The notes under the pieces were generated by a model. The model ran no database searches. It was given only the letters and a program-made list of their open reading frames with translations, and was not told where the DNA came from. Of a stretch of 45,161 bases of DNA, positions 1-7,532 are shown in pieces. The DNA is taken from IMG/VR virus record IMGVR_UViG_3300048902_000090, positions 1-45,161 of that record. One strand, 5' to 3'. A program made the translations under genes and the position numbers. The stretch's first letter is position 1. Each line of letters begins with the position of its first letter. This DNA is from a virus. Lineage: Duplodnaviria; Caudoviricetes.

Positions 1-237
1 CGGATTGGCCGCTAGCGCCAGGCGATAGGCGTGCGCGCGGTCGACCAATTCATGCGCGTGCTCAAGGAGGCTCTGGGCGTAGTAAGCGCCGCCGTCTGTC
101 TCGGACGGATCAATCGACCAATACAGATATTGCTTGATGTCCTTGAGCGACTTGAAGACTGCTTCCGCGGTGTATTTGAGCGGCTCGGCCTGGCGCGCGA
201 GGCGCTCGGCGTTGATGCGTTGCGTGTAGGCGTTCAT
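1..237 (-). CDS. Hypothetical early protein, truncated by window start
   Basis: ATG at 237 overlaps the stop of the upstream ORF (ATGA); open to position 1 (MNAYTQRINAERLARQAEPLKY...). Confidence 0.6.
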   Translation of the reverse strand, partial: MNAYTQRINAERLARQAEPLKYTAEAVFKSLKDIKQYLYWSIDPSETDGGAYYAQSLLEHAHELVDRAHAYRLALAANP

Positions 238-461
238 TGGCCTTGCTCCCAGCGTTGGGTTTGATGGTTGAAACGATTGGTCGCCTGGCGGCGCCATTCC
301 TTGGCTTTGAGGTTGGCTTCGCGCCACAGCGGGCGAAAGTCCGAGAGCGTGTAGAAGGCGAGCCGGTCGCCTTCGTCGCGCATGCCAACCAAATGGCGAA
401 AATAGTAGGACCGGACGTCGGCGTGCGAGCGCACGAACATGGGCGAGCGGGCGGGGCTCAT
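234..461 (-). CDS. Hypothetical early protein
   Basis: ATGA-coupled to both neighbours; start moved to ATG 461. Confidence 0.6.
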   Translation of the reverse strand: MSPARSPMFVRSHADVRSYYFRHLVGMRDEGDRLAFYTLSDFRPLWREANLKAKEWRRQATNRFNHQTQRWEQGQ

Positions 462-664
462 TTGCGCCACCCAAACGATGCGGAAGCGAATTGCTTCGCT
501 TCGACCTGACGGTCGATCTCGCGCACCACGCGCTGCCAGAAGCCGCCAGTGTCGCGGGTGGCGCAGTGGACCGCCCAGGCGCGGGCGTTGGTGGGGCCGC
601 GATCCTCGATCAGGACCTCGGCGTGCTCTTCAGCCTCGCGTTGGAGGCGGTCAGGGTTGCTCAT
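458..664 (-). CDS. Hypothetical early protein
   Basis: AAAGGAG SD upstream; first gene after the sigma70 promoter at 772-800. Confidence 0.7.
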   Translation of the reverse strand: MSNPDRLQREAEEHAEVLIEDRGPTNARAWAVHCATRDTGGFWQRVVREIDRQVEAKQFASASFGWRK

Positions 665-771
665 CGGTAATCTCCTTTGGCTCCCGCCCGTCCTGGGAGC
701 CGTTTGCCTGGCGTTGCGACCTTTTCGAAACCGTCGGTGTTTCGATGCGGTAACCAGTTCTTATGAAAGGA

Positions 772-800
772 GATATAGAGGCTTATCGAGTGTATGTCAA
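772..800 (-). promoter_or_regulatory. Sigma70-type early promoter
   Basis: TTGACA-17 nt-TATATC on minus strand; overlaps an ACTYGA-N5-ACTCGATAA repeat motif. Confidence 0.75.
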
Positions 801-812
801 GTGAGTTTGTGA

Positions 813-1478
813 TTATTTTTGAAGTTTTTTCTGCGCCCAAAACCATGAATCGTCGGAGGCAGCTTCGTTTGAACCGTCGAGGACTTGCTTCTCGGTGGGA
901 ACGAAGCGGAGGCGACAGAAATCGAGCGCGTATTTGCTCTTGGTGAAACGGTTTTCCTGGTCGCGCGGGTCGCCGCGCAATTCGTCGGTTTCGGCGCCGG
1001 GATTGCGATCGCGCCAGGTCCAACCGGGCCGCTCGCCGCGATCGAAGACGATTTCGAAGGTTTGGTCAGGGCCGCCGAGCGGGTCTTTCAGCGTGTGAAC
1101 GCCAGCGAAGGCGGAGGCGTTGGGACTGATTCGCTGCAAACGCGGCATGGTTGCGTTGCGCCTGTATTCGTCGTGAGCGACGCGCAGCCGATCCTTGAGC
1201 GGGGCGGTCAGATATTTTGTGGAAAAGTCGGCTTTGCCGAGCTTGGCGAATTCCTGGGCGACGCGCGGATAGCGAAGCTGGCCCGAACGGAAGGTTCCGG
1301 CGCCTCGGAGATGATACACGGACGATTTGTCCAACTCGGAGGCGCGAATGATGACGCCGAGCGGTACATCCCACTGCAGCGCGGCGTATAAACCACAAAG
1401 CTCTTCGAAGGGAATGCGTGAATTTCGCTGTTGCGAGATAGGTAATCCCGCAATGTCAGCAAGAGGGTTCTGATCCAT
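813..1478 (-). CDS. Putative HTH DNA-binding protein
   Basis: GGAGGA SD; N-terminal segment FEELCGLYAALQWDVPLGVIIRASELDKSSVYHL is HTH-like and resembles 44207-44644. Confidence 0.6.
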   Translation of the reverse strand: MDQNPLADIAGLPISQQRNSRIPFEELCGLYAALQWDVPLGVIIRASELDKSSVYHLRGAGTFRSGQLRYPRVAQEFAKLGKADFSTKYLTAPLKDRLRVAHDEYRRNATMPRLQRISPNASAFAGVHTLKDPLGGPDQTFEIVFDRGERPGWTWRDRNPGAETDELRGDPRDQENRFTKSKYALDFCRLRFVPTEKQVLDGSNEAASDDSWFWAQKKLQK

Positions 1479-1494
1479 AGAAATAGTCCTCCAC

Positions 1495-1677
1495 AGTAAC
1501 CCAAATACAATATGCTTCTAGGCTACAAATGGCAATGAATCCTTGCGCGAGAGAATCGAAAAAAACAGGGAAAGTTGTCACAACCGGTTGTAGGTACATA
1601 AAAGTTGTAAAAATAATTCTCTCGCGCAAGGATTTGGGGTAGTTTGTAGCCTAGAAGTCTATTGTATTCTGGTTACT
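1495..1677. repeat. 183-bp AT-rich imperfect inverted repeat (candidate origin/operator)
   Basis: Perfect arms 1538-1556/1616-1634 (19 bp) and 1515-1529/1643-1657 (15 bp, extending to 35 bp with 4 mismatches); central palindrome ACAACCGGTTGT 1580-1591. Confidence 0.9.
1507..1535 (-). promoter_or_regulatory. Sigma70-type promoter for the HTH gene, inside the left arm of the dyad
   Basis: TTGCCA-17 nt-TATTGT on minus strand. Confidence 0.65.
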
Positions 1678-1738
1678 TATTAGACTAACTGGCGACGGCG
1701 CGAACGCCAGCGAAGTGAACGCCAGCGCTCGCACCCAG

Positions 1739-1960
1739 TCAATCCCCCGAATGCCCTTTTCCCTCAAAGGAAAACCGCGCCAGCCAACGCAACCCCAAAC
1801 GATTGCGCAACCCATGCAACTCTGCCGACCGGCCAAACCCGTGATAGTTGTGGGTGGCCCAGGCGTCACGAAGCGCCGCTTTCCACAACTTGCCGTTAAT
1901 CCGCGCCCAACTGTCCAAAGCCAAAACTTCGGAAGGCGACAAATGCTCAGTCTTTTCCAT
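1739..1960 (-). CDS. Small hypothetical protein
   Basis: GAAAGGA SD; W-x(6)-WK...LRNRLG.RWL pattern recalls a small phage/plasmid protein family. Confidence 0.65.
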   Translation of the reverse strand: MEKTEHLSPSEVLALDSWARINGKLWKAALRDAWATHNYHGFGRSAELHGLRNRLGLRWLARFSFEGKGHSGD

Positions 1961-2015
1961 GGCTAAACCCATCCTTTCACGAGGGCGAAAACAACGAAGG
2001 CCAACGCTAGCGCGG

Positions 2016-2774
2016 TCATAACGACCGCACCACGAAACCCGATTGATCCAACCTGGTCTTCCGGCCTTTCGGCGAAAGGGCGATAATCACTCCGCCCTTT
2101 GGGTCCAAATGCCGCAAATCATGCGCGTCACCGTCCACGACCGCCAGGCCAAGGTAACCCTGGACTAGCGCTTGCGCCTTGGTTTCTTCAGCGAAAACAA
2201 CGGCTATGTTGCCGCCGGCGCGCGCCACGTCGCGGCATTGGCTCTCATTCGTTTCGCTGCGTGAGAATGTGAGATGGTAATTGCCTGGCAGCTTGCCCTG
2301 GCAAAACCGGAGCATGCGGCGGTAGTTTTTGGTATAGTCGACGAATTGGACGTCGGCGAATTCGGTAAACAGCGCCGGCGCGACGGATTCCCAAACGATG
2401 TCGGTTGCGCCGTTCGGTCGCACGCAAAGCTTAAGGCCTTCGCGTTGCGCTTTGCGCTGCGCGGCTTGAATGCCTTTGCGCATTGTCGCAAGGAACGCCT
2501 TGCGATCATGCATGAACTGTTGAGCTTTGCGCGCGCGGCTGGCGCGTACAGCGTTACTGCCAGTTTCGAGCTCAGCGTTGCTGAGCATGGCTGCTTGGCC
2601 ACTATACCAGCCAAGGCAAAGTGCAAGGCAACCGGGCGACGCGTGAGGGCAGAGATTACCGACACCGCCAGTCGAGGCTGGCGCCATGTAGTTGATAGCG
2701 TTAAGGTAGCCGTAGGCGTTAGCTTTTATCGCCTTGGTGCTATCGGTGGAGAAGAAACGAGACGCGGTAGACAT
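2016..2774 (-). CDS. GP88-like phage protein (Cys-rich, radical-SAM-like relative)
   Basis: LCPHASPGCLALCL, VRPNGATD, QFVDYTK, NYHLTFSRSE, VDGDAHDLR motifs; GAAAGGA SD before ATG 2774. Confidence 0.75.
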   Translation of the reverse strand: MSTASRFFSTDSTKAIKANAYGYLNAINYMAPASTGGVGNLCPHASPGCLALCLGWYSGQAAMLSNAELETGSNAVRASRARKAQQFMHDRKAFLATMRKGIQAAQRKAQREGLKLCVRPNGATDIVWESVAPALFTEFADVQFVDYTKNYRRMLRFCQGKLPGNYHLTFSRSETNESQCRDVARAGGNIAVVFAEETKAQALVQGYLGLAVVDGDAHDLRHLDPKGGVIIALSPKGRKTRLDQSGFVVRSL

Positions 2775-2799
2775 TGGTGTATTTCCTTTCAACACCAAC

Positions 2800-2828
2800 A
2801 CCTTAGCCGCTTATCGAGTATTTGTCGA
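2800..2828 (-). promoter_or_regulatory. Sigma70-type early promoter
   Basis: TCGACA-17 nt-TAAGGT; shares ACTCGATAAGC spacer sequence with the promoter at 772-800. Confidence 0.6.
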
Positions 2829-2946
2829 GTGATAAGTTAGCATGCCAGTCATGCGTTATCGAGTGGACTTCGAGTAATCCGAAACCGGTCGGAATGGGGG
2901 ACTGGATGGGGGACAGGCGCCGGCGCCCAGTCCTGCAGCATAGCAA

Positions 2947-2959
2947 TATCAATGACTTA
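2947..2959 (+). promoter_or_regulatory. IHF-consensus site
   Basis: TATCAATGACTTA matches WATCAANNNNTTR, in the non-coding region upstream of terminase. Confidence 0.5.
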
Positions 2960-3015
2960 GCTCGATAGTATGGCGGATAGCCTCTCCGCCCACTGCGCGG
3001 CGCAGTTGGCTATGT

Positions 3016-3059
3016 CTTGCGCTCTACTTGCGCTCTACTTGCGCTTTACTTGCGCTTTA
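3016..3059. repeat. 4 x 11-bp tandem repeat CTTGCGCTYTA
   Basis: CTTGCGCTCTA x2 then CTTGCGCTTTA x2, read directly. Confidence 0.95.
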
Positions 3060-3231
3060 CTGTGCCAGGTTGCGCGACTCCCCCATACCACCCGTGGTTG
3101 TTGGGGCCCCTGGCGCGCAGTCCCCTCCCCGCTCGGCCCCCGCGAAAGCAATCCCCACTCAACAGCGTGGATTGTAAAGTAGGGGTGTTTTTTCCCTGTG
3201 AGGGGGTCTGGGGTTATCTGGGCCCCAAAAA

Positions 3232-3555
3232 TCAGTCGGAGGGGTTCTGGGGCTGACCCGCGACACCGGGAAACGGCTTCCAGCGGGCGAAGTGTAATCC
3301 CCGATCGTCATCTGCGACGCGCCGGTCGGCGAACCAGCCGACGGAGCCGCGCATGCAGGGATTATCGCCGCGGAAGGTCAGTAGAACGTCCTCGCGTTTC
3401 GCCAGGCTGAGTTCGATCAGCCGGCGAGCGGCCGAGCATTCGGGGTCGCGCCAGGATCCGATTTCTTGCCCCTCGAACAGAACTCGGTATTTGTAGGGGG
3501 CGACAGGAAAGCCGTCGGGTTTTTTAACCTGTTCGATTTGGATGCGGATCTCCAT
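3232..3555 (-). CDS. Hypothetical protein, probably leaderless
   Basis: Globular-looking 107 aa (MEIRIQIEQ...); the longer ORF-track start overlaps terS in antisense. Confidence 0.65.
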   Translation of the reverse strand: MEIRIQIEQVKKPDGFPVAPYKYRVLFEGQEIGSWRDPECSAARRLIELSLAKREDVLLTFRGDNPCMRGSVGWFADRRVADDDRGLHFARWKPFPGVAGQPQNPSD

Positions 3556-3576
3556 CTGCGTAGAGTAGCACAAAAC

Positions 3577-4089
3577 ATGCTGCCGGCCTATCCATGGGAC
3601 GCTCGTCCGGACAATTATCCCCTCACCGCGGACGAGGTTTGCGCCGCCCTTTACGAGGCCCATGGCGACGTCACCGACGCCTCCATCCGGCTCAAGGTCG
3701 GAAGCCTCATCCTCAGAAAATTCATCGAGCGCTCCTCGCGCGCCCGGGCGGTCATCCGCGAGTGCGACAACCGGCTGGGCGACCGCGCCCGCTCCAAGCT
3801 CGCGGAGGCCCTCGACGACCCTGACGCGCGGCGGCAGGATTGGGCGATCCGGTACATTCTGAACGCGAAGACCAACCGGCATTTGGGCTATGCGGCGCAC
3901 AGCGATCCGGACGACGCGCGCGCGGCCGCCGTCAACGGGCCCCTCATCAACATCAATCTTCCGCCGGCGGCCTGGGGCAACGGCGAGCGCATCGGGCCTC
4001 CCCCCGCCCCCACTCCAAAAACCATCGAGTTGAATCCCTCCTCTCTATCGAGCCCCCAGCCAAGCCCTTCGAAAGCCTCTGACGAGTGA
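3577..4089 (+). CDS. terS: Putative terminase small subunit
   Basis: Directly upstream of and overlapping terL; N-terminal HTH-like AALYEAHGDVTDASIRLKV followed by helices. Confidence 0.65.
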   Translation: MLPAYPWDARPDNYPLTADEVCAALYEAHGDVTDASIRLKVGSLILRKFIERSSRARAVIRECDNRLGDRARSKLAEALDDPDARRQDWAIRYILNAKTNRHLGYAAHSDPDDARAAAVNGPLININLPPAAWGNGERIGPPPAPTPKTIELNPSSLSSPQPSPSKASDE

Positions 4090-5420
4090 GCGACGAGCTG
4101 GCCGATTTCGATCTCGAGGATCAGCCTGAAGCCAAGCTGCAGACGGCGGTAATCCCTTATGTTCCGCGGCCGCATTTCTATGCTCCGCACGCCTCCCAGG
4201 CGCGGTTCATGTTCTGGGTGTTTCACCGCCGCGCGGGAAAAACCGTCGCCCTGTGCAATCAGTTGATCCGCGCCGCGCTCAGCAATCCGCGCCGTCATCC
4301 GCCGCCTCGATACGCCTACGTTGGCCCCTCGTTCGACCAGGTGAAGGATCTCTGTTGGGCCTATTTTCACCATTACGCTGGGGCCTATCCCGGCGTTCGT
4401 TTTCTCGAGGGCGATCTCACCGTCATCTTTCCGCATGGGGCGACCATTCGGCTGTACGGCGGCGGCCAGGCTTACGAGCGCATTCGGGGCATCTATCTCG
4501 ACGGCGCGGTCCTGGACGAATACCCTCTGCTCAATCCAAGGGCCTGGACCTCGGTCGTGCGCCCGACCCTGGCGGATTACCGCGGTTTCGCCATCATCAG
4601 CGGCACTTCGAATGGCGACGATCATTTTCACGCCGTCAAACTGCGCGCGGAGGATGATCCGAACTGGGAGGTGTTCGACGTGAAGATCACCGACACCAAG
4701 GAAGACGCGCTCACTTACGCCGAGCAGGCCGAGCTCACGCGGGACATGCCGGCCGACGAATACGCCAGAGAAATGCTGAACGCCTTCGACGCGCCGGTGG
4801 AAGGGGCGTTCTACACCGAGAGCATGAACGCTTTAGCCGCTCAACATCGCATCGGCATTGTCCCGGTGGACATAAGCAAACCGCTCATTAGCGGCTGGGA
4901 CATCGGCATTCACGATTTCACCTGCATCTGGGTGTTTCAGATCGCCGGCAAGTCCCTCAACTTTGTCGACTACGTTGAGGATCGGGGCCACAAGGCCGAG
5001 CATTACCTCGATATTCTCGATCGCAAGGCGAAGTCCTGGGGCACGCCGTTTCGGGCTCATATTCTGCCGCACGACGTCGAGCATCGGGAATGGGTCTCGG
5101 GCCAAAGCCGGCGGCTCGGCATGATGGACTCGACCCCTGTTCCGATCCTGACGGCGGATCGGGTCAACGACGCCGACGGCATTTCCGCGGTGCGCGGGGT
5201 TTTGGGGATTTCCTGGTTCAACGAAGCGACGACGCGCCGCGGCCTCGCTCGGCTGCGCGGCTACAAGCGAAGCAAATTCGGGACGCCGGTGCATGACGAC
5301 GCCTCGCACGGCGCCGACGCGATGAAGACGGTGGCGACGGGATTACCGCATGTGACGGCGCTGAGCTCGAGCCTTTCGCTCGGCGGGCGTCTCAGGCGGA
5401 AGATACGGGGCTTGTGTTAG
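4086..5420 (+). CDS. terL: Terminase large subunit
   Basis: Walker A HRRAGKT, Walker B GAVLDEY, coupling motif SGT, nuclease motifs GWDIG and HGADA. Confidence 0.95.
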   Translation: MSDELADFDLEDQPEAKLQTAVIPYVPRPHFYAPHASQARFMFWVFHRRAGKTVALCNQLIRAALSNPRRHPPPRYAYVGPSFDQVKDLCWAYFHHYAGAYPGVRFLEGDLTVIFPHGATIRLYGGGQAYERIRGIYLDGAVLDEYPLLNPRAWTSVVRPTLADYRGFAIISGTSNGDDHFHAVKLRAEDDPNWEVFDVKITDTKEDALTYAEQAELTRDMPADEYAREMLNAFDAPVEGAFYTESMNALAAQHRIGIVPVDISKPLISGWDIGIHDFTCIWVFQIAGKSLNFVDYVEDRGHKAEHYLDILDRKAKSWGTPFRAHILPHDVEHREWVSGQSRRLGMMDSTPVPILTADRVNDADGISAVRGVLGISWFNEATTRRGLARLRGYKRSKFGTPVHDDASHGADAMKTVATGLPHVTALSSSLSLGGRLRRKIRGLC

Positions 5421-5441
5421 TCGCCGCGAAACTGTTAGCTT
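5412..5441 (+). promoter_or_regulatory. Internal extended -10 promoter (leaderless RHH gene)
   Basis: TTGTGT-18 nt-TAGCTT with TGn extension; ATG follows 7 nt later and has no SD. Confidence 0.45.
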
Positions 5442-5448
5442 CGTTGAA

Positions 5449-5631
5449 ATGAGCGCTCACGGGGTCGCCACGGATCGTGTTACGGTCAAAGTCAGCGATG
5501 AACAGCTTCGATGGCTGAACGAGGTCGCCAGGGAACGCAGCGTATCCGTCAGCGATCTCATTCGTCGTCTTATCGATGAAACACGGGGAGCGTATTTGAC
5601 TCCCAAAAATGCTCGGCGTGCTGCCGAATAA
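5449..5631 (+). CDS. Ribbon-helix-helix (CopG-like) DNA-binding protein
   Basis: RVTVKVSDEQLRWLNEVARERSVSVSDLIRRLID is a canonical RHH pattern. Confidence 0.85.
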   Translation: MSAHGVATDRVTVKVSDEQLRWLNEVARERSVSVSDLIRRLIDETRGAYLTPKNARRAAE

Positions 5632-5642
5632 CGGAGGATCGG

Positions 5643-6278
5643 ATGCCAAAGACGTATCGGGCGCTCATCACCATTCAGGACGAGATTGACGGCGGCGGTC
5701 ATCCCGATCAGGGTTTGCCTGGCGGCGGCGGCCTCCATCCCGGGCATCGGCCGCCTGGGTCTGGGCGACCTCCGCATGCCGGTCACCTTCCGGCGCGGCC
5801 TGGCCGCCCGGTTGATCCGGATTGGGGCGTTGATGAGGGCGGCGACGGCGATCACGCTGGTCAACTTCCGGTCTGGCCGATCGACCCAGATCATCCGATT
5901 GCGCCGCCGTCTCCCGGTCATCCGCTACCGCCCATCGATCCACCGCCTGGCACGATCTGGCCGCCTCTGCCGCCGGATTCTGGCGTTGAGCCTGGCACGA
6001 AGGCGCTCGTGCTCGCCGCGATCGAGGGCGTCGGCTACCGTTACATCGTGATCGAGATCAACGGCGAAGGCGAGCATCCGGATCAAGGCTTGCCTGGCGA
6101 GGGCGGCGAGCATCCGGATCAGGGACTCCCGCCTGGCGGACGTCCTCCGCATGTCAGCGGCGGGCCGGTTCCGACGCCTCCGACTCAGCCTGGCAACCGT
6201 CCGCCGGGATCTGTTCCGCCGCGGCCAGGCCAAGGTCTGCCGCCGACGGCTCAACCCAAGCCGGTGGGACGCCGGTAA
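5643..6278 (+). CDS. Pro/Gly-rich repeat protein (HPDQGLP repeats)
   Basis: GGAGG SD; three HPDQGLP motifs, low complexity, short hydrophobic beta segment LVLAAIEGVGYRYIVIEI. Confidence 0.8.
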   Translation: MPKTYRALITIQDEIDGGGHPDQGLPGGGGLHPGHRPPGSGRPPHAGHLPARPGRPVDPDWGVDEGGDGDHAGQLPVWPIDPDHPIAPPSPGHPLPPIDPPPGTIWPPLPPDSGVEPGTKALVLAAIEGVGYRYIVIEINGEGEHPDQGLPGEGGEHPDQGLPPGGRPPHVSGGPVPTPPTQPGNRPPGSVPPRPGQGLPPTAQPKPVGRR

Positions 6279-6302
6279 TCTCTCAAACTTAGGGGGTTCG
6301 GA

Positions 6303-7022
6303 ATGAAGACTGTACTCTTGGCCGCCGCGCTCCTTGCGGCGGCCGGCGCGGCGCCGGCGAAAGCCACGCTGCAGATCAGCCTGACTGACGGGACGAGCGT
6401 TTTCACCTGTCACGATGGTCAGCTTGGCTGCGATTTGTCGGGCGGCGCGAACAATCTGCTTTTGGTCGACACGACGGTTGGCGGATTTTTCGTTCAGATC
6501 GCCTTGGCGCAGAGCACATTCGGGGCGCACAACGTCCTGCAACTGAGCTCGAGCAACATCCAGAACCTCGGCGGCGCGGAGGGAACGCTGACCTTTGGCG
6601 CCAGCGACACCAACTTCATCGGTCCTGTCGGCTCGATTCTGGAGAGCGCCAGCCTGACGTTCAACTCCAACGTCGGCGCGGGCCCGAGCACGCTCAAGTT
6701 CTTCGCCGATCCGGCCAATGTGCAGGGGGCGAACCCGCTAAACACGCCTGGCGTCTTGCTCGACACGGTGAGCGGCTCGCCGGCGTCGGATCCGGACAGT
6801 TTTTCCGGCACCAAGCTTTCGTCGTTTTTCGCCCCTGGTTTGTTTTCGATGACCGAAGGCGCGTCGGTTGATTTGCTGGCGGGCGGCTCGATCACGGGAT
6901 TCGACCAATCGATGACGACGAGCGGCGTTATTCCGGAGACTTCGACCTGGGTGATGATGGGGCTTGGGTTTGCTGTGCTTGGCCTCGCCGGCATGCGCCG
7001 GCGCGACCGCTTCGCGTTCTAG
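6303..7022 (+). CDS. Secreted PEP-CTERM (PEPxxWA-type) exosortase substrate
   Basis: Signal peptide MKTVLLAAALLAAAGAAPAKA; Ser/Thr/Gly-rich body; C-terminal IPETSTWVMMGLGFAVLGLAGMRRR = motif, TM helix, basic tail. Confidence 0.88.
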   Translation: MKTVLLAAALLAAAGAAPAKATLQISLTDGTSVFTCHDGQLGCDLSGGANNLLLVDTTVGGFFVQIALAQSTFGAHNVLQLSSSNIQNLGGAEGTLTFGASDTNFIGPVGSILESASLTFNSNVGAGPSTLKFFADPANVQGANPLNTPGVLLDTVSGSPASDPDSFSGTKLSSFFAPGLFSMTEGASVDLLAGGSITGFDQSMTTSGVIPETSTWVMMGLGFAVLGLAGMRRRDRFAF

Positions 7023-7096
7023 CGGTTATAAGCCCCCCTAGAACCGCTGGAATAGGGACCGGACGTCCGAATAGCCACTACCTGGGCGTCCGGTTC
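7021..7096 (+). terminator. Two stem-loops after the PEP-CTERM gene (possible terminator or processing site)
   Basis: AGCGGTT...AACCGCT (7021-7048) and ACCGGACGTCC...GGGCGTCCGGT; no clear U-tract. Confidence 0.35.
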
Positions 7097-7107
7097 CGCC
7101 GTTTCGA

Positions 7108-7368
7108 ATGATAGGCGACAAAAATCTCACGGGCGTGTCTGACGCCCAGATGCAGACCTATCCTGGCCAGGCGCATTTCGCCATTCCTGGCGCGAAGCGA
7201 TTTTGCAGCGATTGCTGGTTTTGGAGCCCAACGAAGAGTGGCGCCAAGAGGGCGATTTGTGGCAAGGCGGCCCAGTTGCAAAGCGGAGTCCGCCCGCGCG
7301 CTTTCCCTGGCTACGCGAAAATCTGCCAATACTTTCGCGAAAACGCGCCGACCGCTGACGATCCATGA
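7108..7368 (+). CDS. Small Cys-rich (Zn-binding?) protein
   Basis: CSDC...C...CQYF pattern. Confidence 0.6.
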   Translation: MIGDKNLTGVSDAQMQTYPGQAHFAIPGAKRFCSDCWFWSPTKSGAKRAICGKAAQLQSGVRPRAFPGYAKICQYFRENAPTADDP

Positions 7369-7532
7369 TCTCGACGCTTTTTGGCGACCGTCAAACAGCT
7401 TCATTGGACCCGTAGCCCCACCGACGTGGCTGTGGGTGCGCGATCGTGAAAAGCAACGCGCCTGGCGGGCGTTGCACGGTTTGACCTTGACGGAAAATCA
7501 GGACTAAAACCTGCCTGGGGCTGGGCGGGACG

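Noticed and set aside
1495-1677. MITE or IS ends, or assembly fold-back artefact
   Set aside because: No transposase or target-site duplication seen; arms are interrupted by mismatched blocks, unlike an artefactual perfect inversion
2939-3014. tRNA gene
   Set aside because: No T-loop TTCRA, no D-loop GG, no CCA; kept only as a possible structured element
3016-3059. Possible CRISPR mini-array
   Set aside because: 11-bp units are contiguous with no spacers; no cas genes
7238-7507. Small ORF before the portal
   Set aside because: No convincing start or RBS; overlaps the Cys-rich gene; cannot be supported
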